Source: Vicugna vicugna (taxonomy: Eukaryota). Taken from it: a stretch of 64,000 bases of DNA. The translations under genes and the position numbers were made by a program. The notes below the pieces were generated by a model. The model was not told where the DNA came from, ran no database searches, and worked only from the letters and a program-made list of their open reading frames with translations. Shown here piece by piece: positions 25,756-39,253 of the stretch. The DNA is taken from contig MU058054.1 in the NCBI GenBank assembly GCA_013265495.1, positions 434,001 through 498,000 on the forward strand, written 5' to 3'. Numbering within the stretch: the stretch's first letter is position 1; each line of letters starts with the position of its first letter.

Positions 25756-27689
25756 CAAGCCTGTGCGAATGTAAACTGGTGGCTTCTAGATCCCCTAATT
25801 CCAGTTGTCTTCAAGGTTCTCTGGATATGGTCAGTGTTGGTTTTTAAAAAGCAATAGGGAAAATCGATTGAATGACTCACTTCTCAGCGTTGCATTAACT
25901 TTTTCAGGCCACTGGGGTACAATTTACTAAATTACCTCTCCTAGAACACTAAATAGTACCCTAGTGGGTCAAAGAGTAAATGCACCTCTGAAAAGTGGGC
26001 CATTTATCCCCTTCTTCCCTGAGTACCAGATGTAATATGTCCCCTATGACAGAAATATTAACCCATTTCCATTAAAAACTCGAGAAACTGTCCCACACTG
26101 GACAAAATGAGTACGGGGAAGCTTCCCTGGAAGGGGAGGGAGGGCAAAAAATCTCTCTTCTATAACCTTGCCCACCATACTGTCGAGAAGTCAACATGGA
26201 CTTATATGAAAACACTGGTTTTTCATTCACTGGAGATTGGTTTTAACCAAGAATGCAAAACAGAATAAAAATGTAAATTCAAAGCGGATGGTTTTCAGCG
26301 AGGAGATGCAAAGGACACGATGATGGCTGGTTTCACCCTGTGCTGCAGTATTTAAAAAACAAAGCTCAAGCTTTCATCTTGCTTATGAAATAAGACACAC
26401 GTCACAAACAGCCATTCTTTCACATACCTCACTATCCTACAGGTTATCCCTCTGATGGGAAAAAAATTTCCTTGGCTAGCAAGTAAGTATATTATTACTT
26501 CTAATTGCTATAAAGGCAAAAACCTCTGAATACATTTCCAAGGTGCCTTAGGAAGAGCTACTGAGTGATTTAACAGTTGCCAGACACCTTAATAAAGCCA
26601 AATTTTAAGTTTTCAGCACTGTTAGTCCCTTACTCTTCTGGAAGATGGGCTATGCAATGAAAATAAGACAACTTTAATTTAAGAATCATTCGGCTTCTAA
26701 TTAAACTGCCATAGGCAGCTGGTTGGATAAGTTTTAATCAGTTTCAATCACCTATTGATTGGTATACTGAAGCCTAAAAAATTAAAAGTAAAAGATGATT
26801 GGGGAATTGTCCCATCTCAGAACAACAGTAGAGGCCTCTGTAAATAACTCCTCTTTTAACCATCAGCTAAATGAACACTTCAATACTGCAGTACAAAGTC
26901 TTCTGCAAAATTACTTTAACTAACAAGCAGAAATTTATCAGCTTCAGCCAAAATCAATGCTGAAATCAATTTGAACACTGGTTGTGTCTAAAGGGGCTCA
27001 TTGGCAATTTAGGGAAATTACACCATGTAAATGCCTGTGCTTTAATTGAACAGTTTCATCAACTAGGCTGTGATTGCTGTCCATTCATTTATTTACTTTC
27101 ACTGCAGCTACCATTCTGCAAAGGAATGACTTTTGTCAGGCTGGAGAGAGGCACTTTATCTTCATTTTGTGCACTTTTGTGCATAACAGACTTCATGAAA
27201 CTGGCGTATCATGACTAGGGTCAAAACAAACCAGGAGGGACTTCTTCCTTTAACATAAAAACTGAATAGCACTCCAGCTACCATCATACCTTCCACCATC
27301 CGGGAACAGTCATCTTTAAAACCAATAACAAGGAAAAATTTGAATGACTACTCTGCACATGGCACTGTGCCTTTATATTCTGGACAACAGAAGAAAGTAA
27401 CTGGATTGTAAACTCAATTCCCCCATGTTCTTCTTTCTGAGATATCCCAGTGACTTCCAAAAATATATAAACTGTATTAGACTATTTTCTTTAAAAATTA
27501 AGCAGCGTTTTGTTTTACAAAGTCCTTTGAGATAAGAGGTGGAACTATTCTCCAATCCACTCAGGAGATTAAGGCTTAAAGATGTCACATACATTTTTTA
27601 AAGTAAGATTAAAGCACAAAGAAAGGGAGGGAGAGAGAGGTCTGTGTGGGAGGAAGACAACAAACTTGGTAATAAAAACCAGCAGCCAT

Positions 27690-28300
27690 TATACATATAG
27701 ATATACAGACACATCTACACATATACACACACCATGTGCTTCCATGTCTTGGCCATTGTAATTACCGCTGCTATGAACACTGGGGTGCATGTATCTTTTT
27801 GAATTAGAGTTTCCTCTGGATATATGTGATGGAATACTACTCAGCCATTAAAAAGAATAGAATAGTGCCATTGGCAGCAACATAGATGGACATGAAGACT
27901 ATCAGACTAAGTGAAGTAAGCCAGAAAGAGAAAGAAAAATACCATATGATATCACCCATACGTGGAATCTAAAAAAATGAGACAAATGAACTTATTTACA
28001 AAACAGAAACAGACTCACAGACATAGAAAACAAATTTATGGTTACCAGAGGGAATGGAGGGAGATGAAGGGATAAACTGCAAGTTCAGGATTTGTAGATA
28101 CTAACTACTATATATACATAAAATAAATAAACAGCAAGGTCCTACTATATATCACAGGGAACGATATTCAATACCTTGCAATAGCCTATATAATAAAAAA
28201 GAATATGAAAAGGAATACATACACATATGTATAACTGAATCACTACACTGTACACAAGAAATTAACACAATGTAAACTGACTATACATCAATTAAAAAAA
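27690..28300 (+). mobile_element. L1 3' end with 5' inversion (27690-27826 antisense; 27827-28300 sense)
   Basis: Sense part atggaatactactcagccattaaaaagaa...tgactatacatcaattaaaaaaaa. Antisense part is the L1 segment immediately upstream. TSD core CAGCAGCCA on both flanks. Confidence 0.9.
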
Positions 28301-30559
28301 AGACAGCAGCCAAAAACACCTACAAGATTTCAAAGATGACTTAAATACACACACAAAAGCACTCACAAAATCATGGGTAATGAAAAAACCCAAAGACATA
28401 ATTTCTGGAGAATCATATGCTGAAGTGACTGACGTCTGGAGATAGGAATTAACATTTTAAACACTGGATTAATCAGTTACTTCAAGGATGACAAATTCCA
28501 GAGGAGGAGGGAAGAAAGGAGACAGCTGTTTAGTCATACGAGTCATGTGTAAGGTACCTGTGACTGACACAAAAAATAAAAATACGAAAAACAAGTGTAG
28601 TATATTTGCGAGGAAACGCCAACAGAAATTCTTAGGTTTGCACATAATCTGCTTATTTTAGCTCCTCGTAGAATCAAAATGCAATTATTTACTAGCCAGG
28701 GCGCCGGGGAAGGGCCAAGAAATAAGAAAGCCTGAATTCCAGCAGTGGCTCTATCCCCTGTCTTGTTTAGACTCCTCAGGGAAATCCCTTAATTTCGGTG
28801 CTTCAGTTTCATCACAGGCCAAGTGAGGATGGCGGTACCTGCTCTATCCAGCTATGTTCCAATGCTGCCGGGGATTAACCCTGGGCTTGTGATGGTGGCT
28901 CAGGTTGGAAACAGAAATGCAGCCACTGGGATTCTGCACATCTCCTGGGTCCTGGGTGTATGAACGCAGGTGGGGCCTGAAAACATTTTACTAGGCTTCC
29001 AGGGAAACAGGGAACCTTCTCATTTGCCTCTTCAGTCAGTTACCCCAGCAACACTAAGAATTATCTTTTTAAAAAAAGTTAAAATGAAGAGGAAATAGTG
29101 TACAGACACTTAGCACATGTGTTTGTGGTAAAAATTCATTCCGTAATTTTAGCCCACATATCATTTCTCTACTACTATAAAGTTTCATTGGCTATATATT
29201 TTGTTGCTGAGACAATGTAAAATATATATTATTCATAGTTTTTAGATAACTTTTCTGAAAATTTAATTATGGCTTAATCAGAGCTTTATGTTTATTGACT
29301 AAGTATATTGTTACATTTTGCTGCTATCGTTAGCAGTCATAATAGAATCAGTATGTTTGAGAACCTTACACAATGCATATTTTCCAAATACACTAAGCTT
29401 GTTAAAATGCTATATTGATTGTGCCCTAAAGCAAGTTCTAATTTTAGCTGAACAGTTTTCGTTTCATTATTTGAATTCACAAAACAAAACCCACGAACTC
29501 TGCTTTCAGCAATAATGCTGTATGTTCTTTTTCTTTCTTTCGTAGTAACTGCCTAGGAAAATTATGTGAATTTTAGGGTCAAGAGGGCAACCTAATACAA
29601 AGTCACACTTAAAAATCAAAGTAAGGTTTAAAAAAACTTTATGCTTAGTACCCACAGCCAAGGTCTCTAATGCTATTTCCCCCTCTAATTTAGTAACCTG
29701 CTCCCCTGATTCAGTAATTCAGTTTTGCTGCACACATCAGAACGTACATTGTTGCCTCACCCCAGTAAGGCAACAATTTAACAGAAACGTGGTCTCTTAT
29801 ATCAAAGTAACCAACGACAGAGCAAAGGAAAAAAAATCGTGGCAGAAAGTTATACACAGTAAAGCCTTTTGGAGTTACCAGTGAATTAATTTTCTAAAAA
29901 AGCAATTTAAGTAAATACCCTAGATGCTATGGTGTACAAATATTTGCTTGTGCTATATGCCAACCAAGAGCCTACAATTTTCTAACAGATACTGTAAAAT
30001 AGCTTAAAAAATTAATCTGTCTTACAAATCAAGAAATGCACCACTTCCCCTAGCACAACCGTTATAATTAATCTGGGGATTCAATTATTAAATTCAAAGG
30101 TTTTGATAAGTAAAGAGACCCAAAGGATAGACCAAATACCGAGTTATGCTGCAATAGTTGTGTTAGTCGAGTAATGGGTTGTTTTAACACCTGCTAAAAA
30201 GCCTCTAAAATTAATAACTAGAGATGGCACATCACTGACTTTCAGAATTACATATTATTTTATACTTTATATCCAAAAATATGGATTAAAAGTCAGGAAA
30301 CTCAAGACCGTGAAACGGCAAACAGAAAAAGCCTGGCTTGAGAAGCAGGCCCAAGTACCCATCTGGGTGTCAGAACAAATTTAAGGAGTACAACTCGATG
30401 TTTGGGTACTGAGTTCTTGTCCTGATTTGACCTTGGACATGCCACTTAACCCTTCCGAGCTCTATCTTCCTCACTGATAAAAAGCGGGTAACCATGCCGA
30501 CCCTGCCTTCTCAGCAGGAACTGAACAAGGTCTCAAAGATGCTGCGGGATCCCCGCCCA

Positions 30560-30967
30560 TCTCTCCACTCTCCCTGGAGCTCGCATGACTCCAGCCACAC
30601 TGGCCCAGACACGTCCGTTCACCCTCATCTTAGGGCACCTGCCGGAACACTTCCTCCTGCCTGGGAGGCCCTCCCAGCTTCTCCCATGACTGGCTCCCTC
30701 CTGTCCTTCAGATCTCAGCTCAGACACCACCTCCTCAGATAAGCCTTCCTGAGCATCTATCTTACCTTTTTTTTTTTTTAAAGCACCTGCAAGGTCTGAT
30801 GTCATCCTACTCTGGTGTTCACTTCCCTGATTACTGTCCGTTTTGTCGCCCCTAGTGTGAGCTCCGGGAGCACTGAGAACTTGCCTGTCTTGTTATTACA
30901 GGACTGTGGGTGCTTAGAACAGTCCTTGGCACAGAGTGACCCTTGGTGAGTATTTGTTCAACGAATA
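30560..30967 (+). mobile_element. LINE-2 3' end, preceded by a MIR remnant (about 30400-30530)
   Basis: ctcatgactccagccacactggcc-like start; ends gtgcttagaacagtccttggcacagag...gagtatttgttcaacgaat. Confidence 0.8.
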
Positions 30968-31668
30968 TACAATAAGACAAAATTTAAAAGAACAAAACCG
31001 AGTGACATCTGACATTCAGATTTTTACGGTAGCTGAATGCTGAACTTCATTCTGGAATTACAACTCGGGAGTAACTTCTGCAGTCACCTCATGTCCAGGC
31101 TAAGTGGAAGTTCTCTTCTCTGCAGTCCTGAACACTAAGCCATATTGTTCTGCTTAAGGTGGAACAGCTCACCACCTCCCAGAGCCACCCAACCATGCAC
31201 GACACTTTGTGTCCATCTTTAGGATGTGAAGACTCCCTCTGCAGGTTAATTCCTGAAACACTGAGTTCCTACAGTCAGTCGGTAAGGTGCAGTGCTGGGA
31301 CCTGGGAGGATGCCCGCTCAGACTGCCTCTGGGGAGGACAGTCGGCAGTTGGGGGGGGTGGAGGGTGTAGAGCAGGAGGAAGGGGACACTGTTCGCTCTA
31401 ACCAAGGGCAGACCGTCACAGAGACGTTCACGACAAGCAGTTTGAGGCAGCCCTTCAGAGGAACACAAAGCAAACCTGTTCTTCTGTCTACAAGAATGCT
31501 CTGAATTCGTACCTTTTTATGTCAGTTGTCATGGGGACCCTTAATTTTCTCTTCTTCAGACAAAAGTCAACCAACTCTTCTGACTGCTTTTCAACTCAAA
31601 TAATAGCTCCTCCATGAGGCCCTTCCTGATTCTTCCTGAGGAAGGAGCTAAACATCAACACTCCTAGT

Positions 31669-31790
31669 GGGAGGGTAGAGCTCGGTGGTGGAGTGCCTGC
31701 TTAGCACGCACGAGGTCCTGGGGTCAGTCCCCAGTGCCTCCATTAAATAAATAAATAAGCCTAATTACCACCCTCTTTAAAAATAAAAGA
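31669..31790 (+). mobile_element. tRNA-derived SINE (same family as 4817)
   Basis: gggagggtagagctcggtggtggagtgcctgcttagcacgcacgaggtcctgggg...aaataaataagcctaattacc. Confidence 0.9.
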
Positions 31791-34700
31791 GGTATTCAAA
31801 AATGACAATAGCTATAAAAAATAATAGCTAAAAATAAATAAATACAAACCATCACTCCTTCCTCAACCCCCAGGGCCTGTGTGCCACAGACACTTGGCCT
31901 AGACTGCGAGGGCCCGTGCTTATCTGCAGGCAGAGCTTCTCCATCCATCTGGACACAGGTCCAATGAGAGCCCGGCTGCCCCCAACAGCTGGCACAGTGC
32001 CCCCACACAGCACGTGCTCAGAATGTGCCCCACCAATGAAAGGAGGAGGATGGGCCAGGTGCAATTCCTGGACCCCTTGTTATCCTCTCCATGCCCCCTT
32101 GGGCGTTCTCGAAACTGTCCACATCTCTCTGTAAAACTCAGTACCCAGAATCAGATGCACAGATCGAAAAGCGGCATCCTGTAAGATGAAGCCAAACCCA
32201 AATGTAACACTCTCCTAATGCAGCCAGAGAACAGATTTCAGATGAAAACTAGAGCTCTTCCATCCTACACAAACAGAAGTGTGCTAATGCTTATCTGTTA
32301 CAACCACTTCTGCTGGGGACTCTAGATTCCTTTATAAAGAAAGTGCTTTTATTAAATAAAATACTAGAAAGAAGTCTTGCTACTTCATAACTATTTTTCC
32401 CTGGAAGGACATATTGTTGAAACACTTAAGATTCAGCAAATTCTTACTTGAAATATTACCATAATGTATCGATTTTTACCAGACTCAATTGACTGAAAAG
32501 TTGTTTGTATAGCAATATTGGCCAAACCAATATACTAGAACAATTTTGTTACCCATAGTAATCAAGTGCATTTCTGAAGTATAATTATACTGTCATAAAA
32601 ATAAAGCCAAGATACCCTTTTCCAAGCAATAAAACAATAGGGGCTATAAAATAGGAAGAAGAAAAGGCTAAATAAATGAGATTTTTTAAAATGAAATTCA
32701 GTGTCTTTCAAAAACACTACCGCTGCCTCTTCCTTCCCTTAAGCCAAGCTTAGCAGAAAATGATCAATACTTCAATCTCAATAAACTATTTCAATAATAG
32801 TTAATTCGGGTGGAAACAGAGACTGAAAAACTCTGCTCAGCGACCTGTGACATCCTGTCATGTTGGCTGGATGCCAATAATCCGTCACTGGCATAACGGA
32901 TATGAGCCTGTGTGAAGTTACAGCGACGTAGAGGCGGGGCAGCAAAGGTGCGAACGGTGTAGACACTCAGGAGCTCGGGTTCATTCTTTAGATTCTAATC
33001 AATACAACACACATTACTGTATGAAACAAACTTGAACGGTGGATGCTGAGAGAGGGAGAAAGGGAGGCATACATAATTAATTTTATTTGACAAATACTCA
33101 TTGATTTTCTGAAAATATTAATATCCTTGCTCGTCACATGATACTGTAATACAATCCAGCCACATACAAGTATTTAATTTTACATTAAGATGATGTCTTG
33201 TTTACTTGTTTAAAATATGATCTCGGCTGCAAGGAGAAGGCGCTTCATTTGATTGGAAATTAAAAGTTAAAATAAATCAAACAATCACCCTAGCTCTTGG
33301 GTCAATATCAAAACCATTTAAAAACTACTCTTAATTTACAAGATGCACTTCAGGGAGAAAACATAAAGGAGTGGGGTCACTGATGCAGCTGCTAGAGAAG
33401 CCGGGGTCAGACCTACAGCTGTCTTGCTTCGGAACCTTCAGGTTGGTCGGCGACAAGGGAAGTGAGAGCTTTTCTGGGTATTACGTGGTTCATGGTATTT
33501 TCATCAAGGACTCTTTTTGTTATGGGTCCCCCTCAGGAACCCCATGTTTTAAAGCATTCTGTTTACTAAACAGCATTAATTTAGACAACAACTCATGTCT
33601 TTTCTCATTTTCTCTAACTGACCACCATCGCTTCTGATTTCATGAAATAAATCATGTTAACTGTAATGAGCTGATATAATCAGACCCAAAACAAAAATGT
33701 AAGGTTTTAGTTGGCCTGTCCAGCCACATCACAAGGGCAGAATACAATTTAATAGTTCACGTGATCTCAGTTACCGTCTCCAAGGGCCGTCCCTCCCCTC
33801 TGCCCAGCAAATATTTCATACAATAGGACAACAGAAAGGAAGAGAGACCGGTCCCTTTGAGAATTATTGTCCCCTCCCTCTTTTCTTGTCTCCAGATATG
33901 GTCAAATTAATACTTAAATAATGGTATATATGCAATCTTCAAAACACCATGTAGTCAGCATATACGCTACCAATTATACCACTGAGAAAATCCTACCCAA
34001 AATCCAGATTAGACACTTAACTGTACTGTAGGAAGTAGCTGGATGTAGAAAATTCACTACCGTCTTCAAACACCTAGAGATTAGAACACATATCCAAAAC
34101 GCTGACAACTTGACTCTGAATAATTTGCATTAAGGAAAAAAATAATACAAAAGATGACCCTTAAGTCCCTGTTGACTGACTTAGCACGACCTAGTCCTAA
34201 GAGTTAAATATTACTTCCTTTCTGGACCCAAAGCTCACATGACTCCGTCAAACCACTAGCTGAGGGAGCAAAGAGCCTGACTGACTGGCCTTCATTATCA
34301 TAGATAATGTTTCCAAAATAACTAAGCCTGTTAATCACTTTCATTTCAACACGCCATATTATCCAAGAAAAGGGGACAGTAACTAGAATGCTGGGTTAAT
34401 GGATGCCAAGTACTCAAATTTTAACATTTCAAAGAAAATTAATCATTCAAATATTTGCCCTGAGTTTAGAAATTCCTATTCTTCTAGGTGAATGTTCTAA
34501 AATAATTACGCAGCCTCAAAATTACGCAGCCACTAAAACTAGCTAGGTATGGGGGGGATCCAATTAAAGAGCCCTACAAACACTTGCTTGAAAAAATCTC
34601 CACTTGCCTCATTCTCATTCCAGCCAGCGTGTATACAGCAACTATTCTATCCTTGGGACTGTGCTGGGTACACTGGAAAATACAAGGAAACACAAATGGA

Positions 34701-35179
34701 CTCTGCTTGACCTTGAGAAACAACACTGCCTCAGGGAAAAACGGAGAGTGGAAGGAAGAGGTGCTGTGCAGAGTGCTGGCTTTGCCACTCAGTGGCCACG
34801 TGAATGTGAGCCCTAGCCTCTTCCAGGGAGAAAATGTGCTTAACATAATACCTGCTGTCCTAGAGCAGTTTGAAAATAAACTGTGATAAGAGAGAAAATA
34901 TCTAGAAACCTTGAAAAAAAATCATTATGTTAAAGATAGTACGTAAGACAGAATAATAAATCATATTCATGAGGCAACTAGAGAATAAAAGGAAATAGAG
35001 AAATATTCTGTGTATCATAACAGACTGTAGAATTTCTCAAAGTTAATTCAACACAACCCTAATTCTGTGAGATATTTACAGATGTTCCTCAAAAAAAGAA
35101 TCCCACGGTTAAGCAATTAAAGAAGTTTAGGGATTAATAATTTTTCTATCATTGGTTGATTTCTACCATTGGTACTACC

Positions 35180-35400
35180 GGCAGCTAACACTGAGTGTCA
35201 GTCACAGTGCTGAGCCTTTTCTATGGAATATCTCCTTTAACCTCACAGTAACTTTATAAGATAGATGTTATTATTGTCCCCATTTTACACACAGGGAAAC
35301 TGAGGTAGAAGGGGTTATGTGACTTTCCCAAGGTCACACAGCTAGTTAGTGGCAAATGCAGGATTCAGATTCAGAGCCCCCACACTTAACCTCAAGACGT
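35180..35400 (-). mobile_element. MIR SINE
   Basis: cccattttacacacagggaaactgagg...cccaaggtcacacagctagttagtggca. Confidence 0.9.
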
Positions 35401-36587
35401 ACTGCTCTTTCTCAAAGGTTTTGAAAGTTACTGTGAATCTATCAGAAGGGCACAGAACGTGGGGACTCGGAACACTTTGGGAAATGGAGCAAATAACTAA
35501 ATAATTAAAGCGTGTTCATTTCCTTTGCCTAAATTATTCTTCTTCCTAGGCTTGGGTACTTTAGGAGATTTCTTTTATCATCTATTTCACCTAAATTAGC
35601 GACACCAGAAATATCAACTTAAAATTACCCGCGTAGGTCACTATCATAACAATAGCTCAGCAGGGGATTACAAACAGGATTCGCATTTGGTTTAAATGTT
35701 TGGGCTCAGAATTTAATATTGTATAACTGAGAAGAACACCTAGACTTGAAGGACAAAAATGTGACCAACTATTAAATAATATATACCGCGGTCACACACG
35801 ATATCGTATTCCTTGAATTTCACAACATCCCATCAAGTGGAGCAAATAAGACTGAAATCTTAAACTTTTGCTTTACATTTATTAGCTTTATTATTCTTTA
35901 TAAGAAAAAAAATTAAATAGGCCCATTAGGCAGTTTTGTTACCAACGAGTGGATTTTCCAATATCTTCTTCATCTAGTTTATGTAGCATAGCTTGTAATA
36001 TAATCATTTTTGTTTGAAAAATCAGTTTTTATAGTCAACACCATTAAGGTAAACTTAGTGTAGGAGAGAAAGTCAATCGCAACACATCAAGCACTTAATG
36101 TTACAGAGACATCAGTAAAGTGGATTTTCGTTTCTTGATGATTATACCGTTTCTTTGTGCTGAACTAAAAGCCTGGGTTATAAGGACGGCGCAAATTGAA
36201 GCCCAGACAGAAAGGCAGGCCAGTGATTAGTGACAAGTGGTCACACAATTTCACACCTCCATGTTGTCTCCTCTTAAGCAGCACCTAGGCAATGAGGGCA
36301 ATGTCTTCTTTTCATAAGAAATCTACTACATGAAATAAAGGGCTAAAATGGTCACAGCACTGCCACTCACCCTCCATGAACAGCCACTGTCACAAACACC
36401 CAATCCTACAGCACATCCTGAGCATGAGCAATGGGAGCTAAATGAACCCAGACAAGTTGCCAAAGCCAACGGGGCATACCAGCAAATTAAAGAACTCGTA
36501 CTGAGGATGTTCCCTTGGATACTGTGACCCTAATAAAAAGAAAACTGCTAGCCATGCTTCTTAGCTAAAAACAACATTAGCCAAGCA

Positions 36588-36765
36588 AATGGGGAGCTAC
36601 TGTTGGGTGGGTGCAGGGTTTCAAGGTCGCAAGATAAAGAGTTCTGCAGATGGACGGTGGTGATGGTTACACGACAGTGGGACTGTACTTAGCGTCACTG
36701 AAGTGTAGACTTAAAAACGACTGAGATGGTAATTCTTTTGTTATGTATATTTTACCACAATTAAG
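36588..36765 (+). mobile_element. L1 3' end fragment (L1MB-like)
   Basis: Similar to 3250-3430: gagttctgcagatggacggtggtgatgg...tatattttaccacaatt. Confidence 0.8.
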
Positions 36766-38777
36766 AATAACAATTAAAGAAAAACAACACTAACATAATT
36801 TCAAGTTGTAATTTTTCTTTGCTGTTTGGGCATGTTATTTCCACATTCCTGTATCCCTTCTCTTTTTTTTTTTTTAATAAACCTGTTTTAAGATAAAAGA
36901 TTAAAAATTTAACACACAGGATATTACTTCTAATAAAAATCATCTGCTGGGGTTTGGTGGTCTTATATTTTCTCGCTTCTAGAATACACCAGGACAGTAA
37001 ATTCACAATAGGCCTTCAGTTTAAAAATCAGAACATGCTTGAGAGAGTCAAACATTTGGTGAAACAGCACAAGTGAGAAGTTGGCTAGGAGTCTAAAGAA
37101 GCCAATAAAAGGAATCCAAAAAGTTGCTAGGAATCTTCCCTGTTTTATTACACCTGAACATTAGCATAAAAGCATTAAGAAGAAGGGTTGAGACTTTGAA
37201 AACTGCTCCCCTTCAAGGAATTAAGGAAAAGCAAATCAGAGTGTACATGTCCCTTCTTCTTATTATCAGGGAACCTGAACCCAAGAACCTTCAGATCAGG
37301 GTAAAAAGTCAAGTCAGACGAGAGTAAGGAGGAGGAGTCTAGGACAAGAGGCGCTTTTGTGCAGAACTGGGGCTGGACGGGAAGGAATGTTAGCGTGACC
37401 CAGGGAGGGACAGCAGCAGCTTCAAGCTCTTTAGACATATTAGGTATCAAGCATTTTAAGGGCGAGACCCAAGGATGGTATAAAAAAAAATGTGTTACTG
37501 TTTAATTCTCTGAATTATCTATCATCGTGGAAGCACTTAACTTCCAGACCAACTATTCACAATCTCTAGGAAAAAACAATCCAAATATGTAAACATAAGT
37601 TCTTAAAGGACTATACTCGGGAGAAAGGACTCAACATCTTGGCTCTATCTACAGGGAGGACTGAAGCCCTGGGTTGGGGGCTGGAGCGGGTAACTCTGAA
37701 GGAGCTTCCCATCTTGAGAAATCTAGCTCTCTGCCAAGGCTTCATCTGTGTGGAGGGTGTTCTAGGCTGTTCTTGGATTTTAGGATGTGACCTTTCATGC
37801 TCATGTTTAAGAGGGTAGTTTTTATCTTTATTCACATGGTTAATAAGAACTTAAAATTCTAAGAACATTAGTAACCAATTAAAACAGAAGTTAATTATTT
37901 TATGACTTTGAAAATATATACTAATATCAATGGTAAAGTATCTTAGGTGAAAACACAGTCATAATGTGATGCAAGGTTAGTGTACACATGGAAAACAGCT
38001 CTCTGGAGAAAAGCTTTATTACTCCCTCAGGGCTTTTTTACAGAGTATGGATTTTTTAATTCCTAGTGGAATATTTTTCATACACCATTGCAGACTATTA
38101 AGTATCAGATATTACATTATGTAGTTTAAACTTTGGACTGCTGCATGAGAAAGACTTCCCTGTCGAGAGAACTATTTTTTATGGTTAGCATTTTTTTTTA
38201 TATGAAAATGAACACCGCTTTAGGGTAAGATCACTGCAGCTGGAATTTGGGAGAGTTTTATAACTTAACATATTCATCAATGTGTAGAAATTCTCCCAGG
38301 GGAGTAGGGTGAGGAGAGAAGGAAATACAACAGGAAGAAGGCTTTTAATAACTGAGTGTCGACACAGGGCAAAGCAATGGTATCTATAAGGTCTGTCTTC
38401 CACTGGGCATAGTTGTAAACAGGCAGAGGACTAACACAGGGTGCCAGCAAGTTAAAAAACAGAACAAGACAAAAAATGATGTTAAAGAATAAAGGAAAAA
38501 ATGCATTAAACTTCAGGCCAGTTAAAGGTACATTTGCTAATGTGGACTATTAAATGCTCACCCAGGAGAGATGCAGATGCAGAAATATTAAAAAGGCAAT
38601 ATAAATGCACTTTTCCAAGCAATTCCTGAGCAAATAGATGCCTTGCAGAGTTTTGGAGTCAAATGTGGAAATAAAATCTAAGCGCTGGTGGTCATTTAAA
38701 AATCTTTGCCATAGAGAACCTGGATACCCACATTTGGCAAAAGTGGACAGAAAGTTCAAACAAAATTGACTACTCAC

Positions 38778-38842
38778 TTGTAGACTGTGCCTCCGTTGCC
38801 ATGACCAAGAGTGTCTCGATACCGTATGTCTTGTTCATTCAT
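38778..38842 (-). CDS. MAP2K5: MAP2K5 coding exon 8 (65 nt), MNEQDIRYRDTLGHGNGGTVY(K); kinase Gly-rich loop
   Basis: GxGxxG motif (GHGNGG). Long polypyrimidine tract then tggag acceptor; donor gtgagt. Confidence 0.98.
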
Positions 38843-39216
38843 CTCCACAAGAAAGAAAGAAAAACAAAAAGGGTGTCATGCTGTGGATGGAAATGTCAAG
38901 GAAAAGCAACTCTGGGCCATAAACAACAAGCAGTCTGGGTCATTTCAAGTTCAGCTGCGAGAACGAGAAGATCAATACAACATTTGCTGTCCAATTTATA
39001 AAAGACGATACCAAGGGACAAAGTGATGGAAAGTTTAATGACAATTTGTTTGCCTGGGTCATTTCATTAAAGTTTGATAAAAGGTGTCAAAATGGAATGA
39101 TATAACATAGCTCAAAAGGGTCAGGTCAGAGATACTGATAAGAACACAATCTCCAGCACTACGTATAACCACCGCCAAACAGCACTGCACACAACCAAAG
39201 TCAAACTTGGGAAGAC

Positions 39217-39220
<4 letters not shown>

Positions 39221-39252
<32 letters not shown>
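39221..39252. repeat. (CA)16 microsatellite
   Basis: Perfect dinucleotide run. Confidence 0.95.
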
Positions 39253-39253
<1 letters not shown>

